Shown here piece after piece: positions 55,247-64,000 of a stretch of 64,000 nucleotides of DNA. The stretch comes from a virus. Made by a program: the position numbers and the translations under genes. Every line of letters starts with the position of its first letter. Position 1 is the stretch's first letter. The notes under the pieces were generated by a model. The model had not been told where the DNA came from, did no database searches, and was given only the letters and a program-made list of their open reading frames with translations. Location: positions 230,512 to 294,511 of the IMG/VR virus record IMGVR_UViG_3300029922_000001. One strand, written 5' to 3'.

Positions 55247-55696
55247 TTGAGAATACTATTTTTAGATGACATGCCTGAACGCTATGACTACTTCATGGGT
55301 TTGTTGAACCGTCCAGATATTGAAGTTGATTGGGCTAAAAATGCTGATGAATTTTATCCGATGCTTGAAAATCCAAGATATGACATTTTCTTTTTGGATC
55401 ATGATTTAAGTGCAGAACATTACACTAAATTAAACACCCTAGATCAAGCAGATCATACAAAAATAGAATGTAAAGAAGAAACTGGATATGATATTACTAA
55501 ACGATTAATCCACTTACAAAAAGACAAACATCCTGATTATATTGTTGTTCATACACTGAATTCTCAAGGTGGTAAAAATATGATGTCTTGTTTAAGAGAA
55601 ATGGATTCAACTCTTATTCGCGCATATTTCGCATTTCCTGATTTTCAGAATGTGGTTTATCAACTCGCCCACCAAAAAATTAGTAAAACTAATTAG
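55247..55696 (+). CDS. hypothetical protein, possible receiver (REC/CheY-like) fold
   Basis: MRILFLDD ... DIFFLDHDLS ... YIVVHTLNSQGG resembles REC beta1/beta3/beta4 elements. This is a weak call. TTG start 2 nt after the upstream stop. Confidence 0.4.
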   Translation: MRILFLDDMPERYDYFMGLLNRPDIEVDWAKNADEFYPMLENPRYDIFFLDHDLSAEHYTKLNTLDQADHTKIECKEETGYDITKRLIHLQKDKHPDYIVVHTLNSQGGKNMMSCLREMDSTLIRAYFAFPDFQNVVYQLAHQKISKTN

Positions 55697-55890
55697 CCTA
55701 CATGAAATTCGGTGATACATTTATGTTCATCAATGTGGATTTGAAGTCGATCATTTCTGTACTGTTCAGCATATAGAAAGCCAGGTTTTCTAATTTCTGT
55801 TAGTAATCCACAATTCTTTTTGATTTCATCAATGACATCATCAAGTTTTTTGCCTATAAAATGTTCGTAACGAGTAGTCATGGTAATCAT
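55693..55890 (-). CDS. hypothetical small protein
   Basis: 65-aa ORF. Confidence 0.3.
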   Translation of the reverse strand: MITMTTRYEHFIGKKLDDVIDEIKKNCGLLTEIRKPGFLYAEQYRNDRLQIHIDEHKCITEFHVG

Positions 55891-56171
55891 ATAACCTCTG
55901 TGTTTTCTAAATCTTCTGGAACCTCTTCAATGGTATCTTGGTTTTCATTTTCCAATTCTTTCTTAATCATAGCAACAATTGATTTAGTTTGTTGATTAAA
56001 CATATAGTGACCTACTACATAGTCAGGAAAATATCCAAAATAACTAAAATATCTATTTTGGACTTCCTTACTTTCTGTAGACTTCTTTTTAATTTGATAA
56101 TCTAGCATACGTATATTATACCGCAGGTTGCCAGAATGAAACAAGAGATTTAGCTTGATCAACATCAACAT
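55887..56171 (-). CDS. hypothetical protein
   Basis: 94-aa ORF. Confidence 0.35.
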   Translation of the reverse strand: MLMLIKLNLLFHSGNLRYNIRMLDYQIKKKSTESKEVQNRYFSYFGYFPDYVVGHYMFNQQTKSIVAMIKKELENENQDTIEEVPEDLENTEVI

Positions 56172-56772
56172 CTAATCCAACAACTGTTTCTGATTGACCT
56201 TGTAGAACGTCCCAATCAGTATATGTTTTAGAATCTTCCCAACCAGGAGATTGAGCCATCCAGCCATAATGAGCCAAACCTTTACTCTTTAATACTCTAC
56301 ACACTTCACCAGAACCATAAACACCAACTAGGTAACCAGCAGCTTTAATAATTGGGTGAGCAATAGTGAAATATTCTGCTACAGCACCTTCAGCGGGAAG
56401 GTCAACATCAATAGCTAAATAAATAGCGATTTTAGGGTTATTAACGTCACCAGGAACACCTAGTGCTTTTAAAACAGCTACAGATTGTTCTGCGTGTGAT
56501 TTAGCATTTGAAGCAGTAAATGTACTTGCTGTATTACCCTCTTCCCAAACAAATCCACAAGAGATTTTCATGGTGTGTAATCCTGCGATTTCATTACTTT
56601 CAACTCTTTTATTCTTGAAATTAGCTGAATCTGGTGAAATGTAACGAATAACAAAATTGTATTTATCTGCATCAATTGTATGAGCTTTATTGTATACAGA
56701 ATAAGGAGTGTCAAAACCCTTATACATAACACTTGATTCTGAAAGAAATTCTTCTGATTGTTTGCTTAACAT
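56116..56772 (-). CDS. hypothetical protein (possible GH25-like/DUF1906-like TIM-barrel)
   Basis: 218-aa ORF. FVIRYISPD ... is weakly reminiscent of Rv2525c-like glycoside-hydrolase-like proteins. Confidence 0.5.
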   Translation of the reverse strand: MLSKQSEEFLSESSVMYKGFDTPYSVYNKAHTIDADKYNFVIRYISPDSANFKNKRVESNEIAGLHTMKISCGFVWEEGNTASTFTASNAKSHAEQSVAVLKALGVPGDVNNPKIAIYLAIDVDLPAEGAVAEYFTIAHPIIKAAGYLVGVYGSGEVCRVLKSKGLAHYGWMAQSPGWEDSKTYTDWDVLQGQSETVVGLDVDVDQAKSLVSFWQPAV

Positions 56773-56861
56773 AGTATTGTTATTTTAAATTTGCAATTAT
56801 TAATATCCTTTTTTATTTATTATCCATTTTTGATGATCGTTTGATGTATACTAGAATTATG

Positions 56862-57332
56862 GAAAATGAAGATAATGATCTTGCTGCAATTCTAGATGAA
56901 ATTGATGCAATTCCTTCTGAAAAAGAACTTAATCAGAGAGTTGAGGAAATCCTCAAGGAAGCTGGTGGTGTTAGAAAAATTAAAGATAAAACACTATATA
57001 CATTTGATGAAGCGGTAGCTGAGTGTGAACGTATGAATGCATATTCTAAAGAGTTTTGGCTTGAAAATAAATATAATGTTTGGGATTGTGAACATTATAT
57101 GAATATTCGTGCAGCTAATCCAAAAGCCCCATCAGATGGATATGCAATTCATTGGGGTTTAGATTATGCTTATAGACAAGCTGAAACCGGTAAAGTTCAC
57201 GTTTCCGCGTCAAACGTCTTGGCTGGTGATGGTAGGGCATATAATAAAGACGGTTCACTATATGAAATCCCAGAAGATATTTTAAGTAGAAAAGAATTTA
57301 GCGTTGATGAATTAGATTATATTTTCTGGTAA
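56862..57332 (+). CDS. hypothetical protein
   Basis: The track ORF begins at a TTG at 56841. The first ATG (56862) is preceded by GATGTATACTAGAATT, so the ATG start is preferred. Confidence 0.5.
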   Translation, partial: ENEDNDLAAILDEIDAIPSEKELNQRVEEILKEAGGVRKIKDKTLYTFDEAVAECERMNAYSKEFWLENKYNVWDCEHYMNIRAANPKAPSDGYAIHWGLDYAYRQAETGKVHVSASNVLAGDGRAYNKDGSLYEIPEDILSRKEFSVDELDYIFW

Positions 57333-57371
57333 ATATAGCATTATCATACGTTTGCTTGGTATAATCAATGT

Positions 57372-58250
57372 ATGATGAAATCAAAATCTCAAGAGGTGTG
57401 GATGCTACGCGGCGTCCCCGGCAGTGGAAAAAGCACTTGGGCAAAGGAATTTATTAAAAATAATCCTGGTTATGTTCGCACTAATAACGATGAAATTAGA
57501 CTTGAAATGTTTAATCGCGTTTTTGATAAGAATGATACTAAGGCTGTTGATGCTGAGCGAAACAGAGTTATTAAGGAAACCCTTGATAATGGTCTTAGTA
57601 TTGTTATTGATAACACTAATTTGTCACCTAAGCGTGAAGACGAATACAAGACGTTGGCGAAGAAGTATGGTGCTGAATTTAAGATTCAGTGTTTTATGCA
57701 TGTACCTTTACGTGATTGTTTGGCAAACAACTATAAGCGACCTAATCCGGTTGGTGAGAAGATTATCAAGGATATGTACAGACAGTTTGTAGAGCCTTTG
57801 TTGAAGCCAACTCCTGTTGAATATGTAGAGGGTTTAGAGGACGTGTACGTGTGCGATATGGATCAAACATTATCTTTAATGAAAGGAATTCGTGGACCTT
57901 TCGAATGGCATAAGGTTAATTTAGATTTACCAAATATTCCGGTAGTTAAATTAATTCAAAAACTTGCTAAGACAAATAAAATCATTATTATGTCTGGTAG
58001 GGATGGTTGTTGCCGTGATTTAACTATTGAATGGCTTAATCAACATGAAGTTCCGTTTTTTGAATTGCATATGAGGGCGATGAATGACTCTAGAAAGGAT
58101 AGTACTGTGAAGGAAGAACTTTATAAATCAAAATTACAATATCGTTTTAATATTCTAGGTTGGTTCGACGACCGCGAAGCGGTTTGTGAACTAGTTTATT
58201 CATTAGGATTACCACTGTTCCGTGTGGGGGACCCTCATAGTTCGTTTTGA
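57372..58250 (+). CDS. bifunctional polynucleotide 5'-kinase / 3'-phosphatase (T4 PseT-like): N-terminal P-loop kinase + C-terminal HAD phosphatase
   Basis: Walker A LRGVPGSGKSTWAKEF. HAD motif I CDMDQTLS (DxDxT) in the C-terminal half. Preceded by TTGGTATAATCAATGT-ATG. Confidence 0.75.
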   Translation: MMKSKSQEVWMLRGVPGSGKSTWAKEFIKNNPGYVRTNNDEIRLEMFNRVFDKNDTKAVDAERNRVIKETLDNGLSIVIDNTNLSPKREDEYKTLAKKYGAEFKIQCFMHVPLRDCLANNYKRPNPVGEKIIKDMYRQFVEPLLKPTPVEYVEGLEDVYVCDMDQTLSLMKGIRGPFEWHKVNLDLPNIPVVKLIQKLAKTNKIIIMSGRDGCCRDLTIEWLNQHEVPFFELHMRAMNDSRKDSTVKEELYKSKLQYRFNILGWFDDREAVCELVYSLGLPLFRVGDPHSSF

Positions 58251-58294
58251 TTAAAGGTTTAAATATAGCTTATTTATAACATAAAAATGAAGTC

Positions 58295-58576
58295 ATGTTT
58301 AAATTCCTTAGAAATATATTTAGCAAAGAAGCTGAAGCTTCATGGGTACACTGTGGTACCTATTTAGACACCAATCATTATTACGCAGCAGATGATTGCT
58401 ATTGTGTGAACTGTTTACCTGATAGCCCAGCTTACTCTCTGGTTAAGGTGTTTAAAAAACACACTAGAGATAATAAATGGCAGATGAAGGAAACTATATT
58501 CGCATTATCTCTCGAAGAGTATCAAGGATATTCAAAGAAAATCCCTAACACTCTGATGCCACCACCTATTAGTTGA
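58295..58576 (+). CDS. small Cys-rich protein
   Basis: WVHCGTYLDTNHYYAADDCYCVNC. Confidence 0.4.
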   Translation: MFKFLRNIFSKEAEASWVHCGTYLDTNHYYAADDCYCVNCLPDSPAYSLVKVFKKHTRDNKWQMKETIFALSLEEYQGYSKKIPNTLMPPPIS

Positions 58577-59789
58577 GTGGTAATGGTGTTTCTTGTTTGT
58601 AAATGCTTTGGTCAGCGCATGAGCCAAGTGATTTATTTTTATCTCTTTCTTGTCTAAGGGTAATATTAATTGCGTCATTTCGTTGTTTTTGTCTTTTTAG
58701 TTCATGTTCTATTTTTTCTTTTTCTATCAATAATTTTTGATAATCTTTTTTAAGTGTTTTGAGATTTAAGCATTTATTTTCTGTATGAACTAATATCTTA
58801 ACTATGCCATAATCATTCATAATGCCAACTCCCATGTCAGCCAATACAGTCCAAGATGCTTCAATTTCATTAATATTTATATTTTTTTCAGAATTAAAAA
58901 TTGGATAAAAACCTGTTTCATTGGCGTAAGCCAGTGTGTCTATTAACTCTATAGGTCTTTTACCTTCGATATATTTATTTTCATATACTTTAATATCCTG
59001 TAATACATTAATTACTCCAATATATTCTTTTTTACTTAGTATATAAACAGCATTTTTAGGACATATAGTACAAACTAAAATTGGAATATTTTTATAATAA
59101 GCCCAAATAGGTGCTACTCCAACTTCGTGATTTTCAACATCGTAATTAGTTTTAATAAGTTCTTCGTGATCCCAACTTTCAACATGGCTCCACAAACAAG
59201 GGGACATTAAAATTGCTCCACGAGGTAGTCCATGTTGATCAATTAATGACAAAGCGAAATTTATGTTTTCTGGCTCCAATTTATCAATTACAGTTATTGA
59301 ATGGTCAGCTTCTACTGCTGCATTAACAACATTTAATACTAATGTATCTATTTGTCTCATTAAAGCATCTTTTGATCTTTCTAAAATATGTTTATGAGCA
59401 AGCTCTTTACTTTTAAAATGTTTATATAGCTCTCTGGATTCTTTTTTTGTTAATAATGGATAACTAGCCATAGTAACAGTGGGTATGGATAAAGCCTCTG
59501 GTTTTATATTGACAACTGGCACTGTTCCGCACGGATCACCACCAATTATATAAGCTTTAGAAGCTATGTCTCTCATATGATAAATACGAATATAATTATC
59601 TCTAAGATTATCATAGTATTCTTTAAGTTCTTCGTTTGTAAGTGTAAGATGAACATTATTATGTTTATGTTGATCTTGTTTTATTTTATGATGTTCTTTA
59701 ATTTCCGCTTCTGTGAAATCATCACGTTGTAAAATATGAAATGCCACCGGATTATAGGGTGCGCTAACAGGTATAGTACGTATATTCAT
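58569..59789 (-). CDS. hypothetical protein, tandem paralog of 59948..61045, C-terminal coiled coil
   Basis: Shared blocks NPVAFHILQRDD, CPKNAVYILSKKEYIGVI, NDYGIVKILV. Confidence 0.55.
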   Translation of the reverse strand: MNIRTIPVSAPYNPVAFHILQRDDFTEAEIKEHHKIKQDQHKHNNVHLTLTNEELKEYYDNLRDNYIRIYHMRDIASKAYIIGGDPCGTVPVVNIKPEALSIPTVTMASYPLLTKKESRELYKHFKSKELAHKHILERSKDALMRQIDTLVLNVVNAAVEADHSITVIDKLEPENINFALSLIDQHGLPRGAILMSPCLWSHVESWDHEELIKTNYDVENHEVGVAPIWAYYKNIPILVCTICPKNAVYILSKKEYIGVINVLQDIKVYENKYIEGKRPIELIDTLAYANETGFYPIFNSEKNININEIEASWTVLADMGVGIMNDYGIVKILVHTENKCLNLKTLKKDYQKLLIEKEKIEHELKRQKQRNDAINITLRQERDKNKSLGSCADQSIYKQETPLPLN

Positions 59790-59947
59790 TTGTATAACTC
59801 CTTGACTATTTACAAAATAATAACATACTAGCTATTTCCATGCAATCTTAGCTACTGGATGTTTCACTGTTTTATTGCGATGGGCTATTAAGATAAAATA
59901 TGTAATGTCAATGTATTTATACACTGACATTACATATTTTATTATTC

Positions 59948-61045
59948 CTACTCTATTTCATCGTCAAATATTTTAGTTTCAAGTTTTTGTATTGTACGCT
60001 TTAAATTTCTAATCTCATGTTTTAGTTCCCAATTTTCTTCTTCTAATTGTTTAAGATCAGATTCTTCCTTAGTGGAATAGTTAACTAAAATTCTAGCAAT
60101 AGTCCAGTCATTCATAACATGAACACCAACTCTGGCTGATACAATCCAAGATTTTTCTAAAGTGTCAGCTAATTCCTGAGTGCATTCAAGTTGATAACCA
60201 TTAGATGATTTAGACAATTTTGTGTTATGCCATCGTAATGGGTTTATATCACTTTCATTAGTTCGTACTGTGGATATAAATTCAACTGGAGCAACTTCAA
60301 TATCTTGTTCAACTGGAATTGTACCAATATACTCTTTTTTGCTTAATATATAAATGGCGTTTTTAGGGCACATATTTGATACATAAATAGGAACATTTTT
60401 ATAATGTCCCCAAATGGGTGGTGTATCAATATTTGGATCTTCAATATCGTAATTAGTGTAAGTTAGAGGAACAATTTCTTCGTCGGTGCCAACTCCCCAA
60501 TCTTCAATATCACGCCATCTAGCACTGTGCATTACAATTGCTCCACGAGGTTGTTCGTGAGAGTCTAGTAAATATAAAGCTAAGTTAAGATTGCATGGTT
60601 GTAATGTTCCAACAACAGATATACAGTGTTCACCTGGAACTGCTGCATTAATTGTCATAAATAATTCAGTGTCTATTTGTCGTCTGACACTATCTTTAAA
60701 ACGTTCAATAATTTGTTTTTCTACATTCTCTAGACTTCCATAAGCTTTAACTAAATTTGGAACTTCTTTTTTTTGCAGAATAGGATTTGAGGCAATAGTG
60801 CGACACTGTACAAAAAGTTGTTCAGTTTCTATAGGTTGAGGTCGTAATTCATTATTTCCAATACTATTGGGAATATTGTTGAGAACATAGGATTTAGCAG
60901 AAATGTCTGTTGAATAAAAACAGTTTTGAGGGTTGGCGATTTCTTCAATGGTACGATCATCACGTTGAAGTAGATGAAAGGCTACTGGGTGATACCAGAC
61001 AGCGTTACGAATAACACGTTGTTTCATAATAGATACCTTTGACAA
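59948..61045 (-). CDS. hypothetical protein, tandem paralog of 58569..59789
   Basis: Shared blocks HPVAFHLLQRDD, CPKNAIYILSKKEYIGTI, NDWTIARILV. Confidence 0.55.
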   Translation of the reverse strand: MSKVSIMKQRVIRNAVWYHPVAFHLLQRDDRTIEEIANPQNCFYSTDISAKSYVLNNIPNSIGNNELRPQPIETEQLFVQCRTIASNPILQKKEVPNLVKAYGSLENVEKQIIERFKDSVRRQIDTELFMTINAAVPGEHCISVVGTLQPCNLNLALYLLDSHEQPRGAIVMHSARWRDIEDWGVGTDEEIVPLTYTNYDIEDPNIDTPPIWGHYKNVPIYVSNMCPKNAIYILSKKEYIGTIPVEQDIEVAPVEFISTVRTNESDINPLRWHNTKLSKSSNGYQLECTQELADTLEKSWIVSARVGVHVMNDWTIARILVNYSTKEESDLKQLEEENWELKHEIRNLKRTIQKLETKIFDDEIE

Positions 61046-61151
61046 TTCACATAATCTGTCATACTAGTATTCCAGTGTAATCTTAACGATTGATATATTC
61101 GCTTTTATATTACTAAAGGCTATTAAGGCATATTTTGCAATGTCAATATAT

Positions 61152-61511
61152 TTATACACCCAATTCTGCTTTGAGTTGTTCAAGCATCTTTTGCTTCTTT
61201 TCTAACTCTTTTTGCTGTCGCTTCTTTTCTGCTTCAGTTTTCTTGAGTTCTCTAGCAATTCGACTTCTTTCTTCATCATCTTTTTGCTTTTGAACGAAAA
61301 CCTTGATAGATTTTATTTTTTCTTGTATGAATGGTTGTGATGTTACATCATCATAGAGCATATAGTCATAGTTGTGCTGTGCCCACTTTTTCAACCATTC
61401 ATAATCTTCTTCACTAACTTCTTCCCAGTCGCTAAAATCATCTGAGGGACTCTTATGATCGCAATCATAACATCTTTCACCATAGACACGAATTATCTTT
61501 ACTTTTCTCAT
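61152..61511 (-). CDS. hypothetical protein with Cys pair and Lys/Glu-rich coiled-coil tail
   Basis: 119-aa ORF. Confidence 0.45.
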   Translation of the reverse strand: MRKVKIIRVYGERCYDCDHKSPSDDFSDWEEVSEEDYEWLKKWAQHNYDYMLYDDVTSQPFIQEKIKSIKVFVQKQKDDEERSRIARELKKTEAEKKRQQKELEKKQKMLEQLKAELGV

Positions 61512-62077
61512 ACCTTATTATACGTATAAGGGTTTGTATATTGTATAGCAGTTGTCTTTCTTACTCCAGCATCAAAACGCTTTTGAGCTAATGCAATTGA
61601 AGCCGCTACTGTATCTGATAATGTGTTATAGATAGGAAGTTCGTCATATCCCTGATCCTCTGCATCAACCTTATTCATGATATCAGGATAAGACATGCGA
61701 TAGGCGTCATCAGGTCTACCGTAGACAACCTTCTCATGATTACGTCCCATCCAATATCCTAGCTCATAATTAGTGGTTAAACCAATTAGCTCTCTTGTTC
61801 TAGGAATCCAGAACAAGATGGCATCAGCATTAACAAGACCAGTAAACTCCCATCGTGGAATCCAGCCCTTGCCAAGATCACTCTCAGTACGAACAGTAAA
61901 TTCTGGAGATACGAGAATGCCCTCAAATCCTTGCTTAGTAAACTCTTCAACGCACTCAATGCGCCAAGAAGTCAAGTGCGGTTGATTTCCGCGAACGGTG
62001 TTTCCAGCGAGGAAAATTATAGGAACCTTCTCATTATAAAGATTGTCTAAAGAAGTCTCATATCTAAATAGTTTCAT
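61508..62077 (-). CDS. nucleoside 2-deoxyribosyltransferase-like (NDT/LOG/DUF4406 Rossmann-like fold) protein
   Basis: IIFLAGN ... ADAILFWIP ... GLTTNYELGYWMG matches the conserved NDT-like Gx(T/S)xxE(L/I)G motif. Confidence 0.6.
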   Translation of the reverse strand: MKLFRYETSLDNLYNEKVPIIFLAGNTVRGNQPHLTSWRIECVEEFTKQGFEGILVSPEFTVRTESDLGKGWIPRWEFTGLVNADAILFWIPRTRELIGLTTNYELGYWMGRNHEKVVYGRPDDAYRMSYPDIMNKVDAEDQGYDELPIYNTLSDTVAASIALAQKRFDAGVRKTTAIQYTNPYTYNKV

Positions 62078-62084
62078 ACTTCAA

Positions 62085-62675
62085 TTATACCTCATATGGA
62101 GGTTCTGGAGTGCGAATAGTGTAATCATCATCGTGTTTACCGTTAAAATCTTCTTGGCGCATAAATTGTTTTACATATTCGGCATTAGCTTCAATCTTGT
62201 ATTGTAGGGCGGCAGAAGTGGCTTGTATTGCTGTACATTTTGCTAATTTATAATCATCAAAATCAAGCATTTTTTCTTCAAGGATTTTCTCAACTTGAAT
62301 ATTTGCTAATTTAGTTGCCTTCTTAGTTGCAACATCTGCAAGGTCTTTCTGCTTTTTAATTTCAATATCAGCTAAACCTTGAACCCTGTTAATTTCAATG
62401 ATAGCGGCATTAGCTTTTGCTTTATTGATTTTTTCTAGAAGGTCTAATTCTGTTTGTAGTGGCAACGCTAAACGGGTTCTTTCTAGTTCAATTTCTTGTC
62501 TTAATAGACTAACACTTTCTTTTTCTCTTTCGAGTCGTTCTTTTTCTTCTAGAATAATTTGACGATCTATAATCATATTTGCTTTATTGTGCAAATAGCT
62601 GTTAAAAATTCTTTGCTTACTTTGAATAAGATAAACAATGTATAGAAGGACGAGACATGCTAAAGTAAACCACAT
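62085..62675 (-). CDS. membrane-anchored coiled-coil protein
   Basis: N-terminal transmembrane helix MWFTLACLVLLYIVYLIQS followed by heptad repeats. Confidence 0.45.
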   Translation of the reverse strand: MWFTLACLVLLYIVYLIQSKQRIFNSYLHNKANMIIDRQIILEEKERLEREKESVSLLRQEIELERTRLALPLQTELDLLEKINKAKANAAIIEINRVQGLADIEIKKQKDLADVATKKATKLANIQVEKILEEKMLDFDDYKLAKCTAIQATSAALQYKIEANAEYVKQFMRQEDFNGKHDDDYTIRTPEPPYEV

Positions 62676-62701
62676 AACTCTATTATACTCTATAATAGAC
62701 T

Positions 62702-63010
62702 ATGGAAAAAGTAATTCCCCAAAGAAAGGGTTCTTTAAAAGAGTTGGAACAATGTTTGAATCTATATAAAGAAAATCTGTATTACATTCAAAAGATTTTT
62801 GAATGCTATCTAGATATAACACATAATACCTATTGGCTGGATAGTAGCAGCATGGGTGTTCAACACGGTCTTGTAATAGCAAGAAATTCCTACCACCCAA
62901 GAGATAAATACTTTATGCCCATTAAATATATTTTGATGGAAGATCCTATTACATATATGAATGAGCATAAAGAACAAATTAAGAAAGAATATGATGAAAA
63001 ACGTTGGTAA
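62702..63010 (+). CDS. hypothetical protein
   Basis: 102-aa ORF preceded by TATACTCTATAATAGACT-ATG. The antisense ORFs were rejected. Confidence 0.4.
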   Translation: MEKVIPQRKGSLKELEQCLNLYKENLYYIQKIFECYLDITHNTYWLDSSSMGVQHGLVIARNSYHPRDKYFMPIKYILMEDPITYMNEHKEQIKKEYDEKRW

Positions 63011-63421
63011 GGGTTGACTAATTCTGTGAAGATGGTGGTATAATAGATACGTGATAACAAGTGGGCTCGTAAGGGAATCGACATGTTGCATATATTGATG
63101 AACTTGAGTGAGAGATTACCCTTGGCTCTCTAAAAATGGGTAGAAAACATAAACGGCAAATCATATGCTTATGTAGGTTAATTCCTACCGCAAAAAATAA
63201 AGGTTAGTTGAGGACACTTTATTGAGCGTTGAAAAAATTCAACTACGCTATTAGGGTTGGTGGACCTTGGACCTGAAATAGTTAAATTAATCAAGTATCC
63301 GGTTGCAGCGGTTTGATTTATACCAACATGCTTCCTATTAAATAAATCTACGCTCATAAAAAATAATTATTGGTATATCAGTAATGGAAACGGCTTCGAG
63401 TGCCGTCGGGTCCACCCGCGA

Positions 63422-63449
63422 AACATCCACCTTAATTAAGGTGGATGTT
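63422..63449. terminator. perfect palindrome AACATCCACCTTAATTAAGGTGGATGTT
   Basis: Lies 3' of the minus-strand gene 63502..63987. Confidence 0.5.
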
Positions 63450-63501
63450 ATTCTTTATGGCTTGACAAAATTCTATTAATTGTTCTTGGTTAAAATTACA
63501 T

Positions 63502-63987
63502 TTAGCTAAATTTATCATAACACTCACAAATTGAATGTTGTTTTGCGTATATCCCTTCAGCGGTAATAACGTCCACATTTAATGTTTCAATATCTTCATG
63601 TTCTAGTGTGTCTTGAATATGTGTACTCAAATTAATAGGCGGTACAGGTTGTGCCCCACCAATATGAAAATGATTTTCAATTAAACTAGCCACATGTTTT
63701 CTGCGTTCTTCCCTGGCTTTTAGAATAGCATTTACTAAATTCATTTGATTACTTTGCATAGCTTCAGCCAGTGCCTGTGAATTAATATCTTTAGGTATAA
63801 TCACTCCTGATGCATACAGTAATTCAATATCAAAACTTACAAATGACTCTTGTGGTAATTGACTTATAATTCTTTGGTAGTACCTTTCAACATCTTCTAG
63901 ATGTATGATAATGTCTTTAATTTCATCATTAGTAAAACCATCTTTTTTGTAAAACAATAAATTGTTATTTTTTTTATTGAAAAACAT
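63502..63987 (-). CDS. hypothetical protein
   Basis: 161-aa ORF. Its 3' end is followed by the 28-nt perfect palindrome at 63422..63449. Confidence 0.45.
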   Translation of the reverse strand: MFFNKKNNNLLFYKKDGFTNDEIKDIIIHLEDVERYYQRIISQLPQESFVSFDIELLYASGVIIPKDINSQALAEAMQSNQMNLVNAILKAREERRKHVASLIENHFHIGGAQPVPPINLSTHIQDTLEHEDIETLNVDVITAEGIYAKQHSICECYDKFS

Positions 63988-64000
63988 TGATATAATTGAA

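Noticed and set aside
62700-63091. Minus-strand ORFs 62700..62900, 62810..63091 and 62890..63084
   Set aside because: They are mutually overlapping and hydrophobic low-complexity. The plus-strand ORF 62702..63010 has a promoter-like element and a sensible composition.
1-64000. CRISPR array
   Set aside because: No series of regularly spaced direct repeats with unique spacers was seen. The only tandem repeats are the coding NUMOD3 repeats at 51655..51750 and the short segmental duplications reported above.
1-64000. Mimivirus-type early promoter AAAATTGA
   Set aside because: I looked for it because of the AT-richness and the tRNA/aaRS content. Occurrences are sporadic and mostly intragenic. 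The dominant upstream element is instead GGTATAAT-like.
1-64000. Stop-codon reassignment (suppressor tRNAs with CUA/UCA anticodons)
   Set aside because: I considered this because huge phages often recode. No suppressor anticodon was found among the tRNAs folded here, and ORFs are long and dense under the standard code.

Overview
AT-rich (about 27-28% GC), very gene-dense 64 kb window with mostly short genes on both strands, perfect-palindrome hairpins at many gene ends, and three arrays of minus-strand tRNA genes, several of which carry short (17-31 nt) anticodon-loop insertions. The content points to a large DNA virus or jumbo-phage-like mobile genome rather than a cellular chromosome. The taxon cannot be fixed from sequence alone. 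Prokaryote-type signals (bacterial IF3, a GH108 endolysin-like peptidoglycan hydrolase, lipobox lipoproteins, TGnTATAAT-like elements abutting start codons, IS200/IS605 TnpB, T4-like GIY-YIG/HNH homing endonucleases, PseT-like PNK) sit alongside eukaryote/giant-virus-type signals (WGR-PARP, short protein-spliced-type tRNA introns, TnpB of the Fanzor kind). Recognisable genes include IMPDH/GMP reductase, lysyl-tRNA synthetase, IF3, Tpt1/KptA RNA 2'-phosphotransferase, a bifunctional polynucleotide kinase/phosphatase, NADAR, a DUF4326-like protein, PARP, thioredoxin, a DEDDh exonuclease, a trypsin-like protease, two VWA proteins (one paired with an AAA_5/MoxR-like ATPase), an NDT-like protein, three homing endonucleases, two diverged TnpB copies, and about 20 tRNA genes grouped by amino-acid family (Leu x6; Ser/Thr x7; Cys x2). 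More than half of the ORFs have no recognisable function. The candidates for something new are: (i) an RNA-repair/ADP-ribose toolkit (Tpt1, DUF4326, PNKP, NADAR, PARP, NDT-like) interleaved with the tRNA arrays; (ii) a prokaryote-style AAA+ ATPase plus VWA/zincin two-gene module; (iii) tRNA arrays with a conserved CGAG-ATAAT spacer, non-canonical intron placement and intron-plus/intron-minus duplicate pairs; (iv) two TnpB elements with GC-rich hairpins at their 3' ends; (v) a ubiquitous GGTATAAT-like element 5-9 nt upstream of start codons. Manual coordinates (tRNAs, hairpins, repeats) may be off by 1-2 nt.
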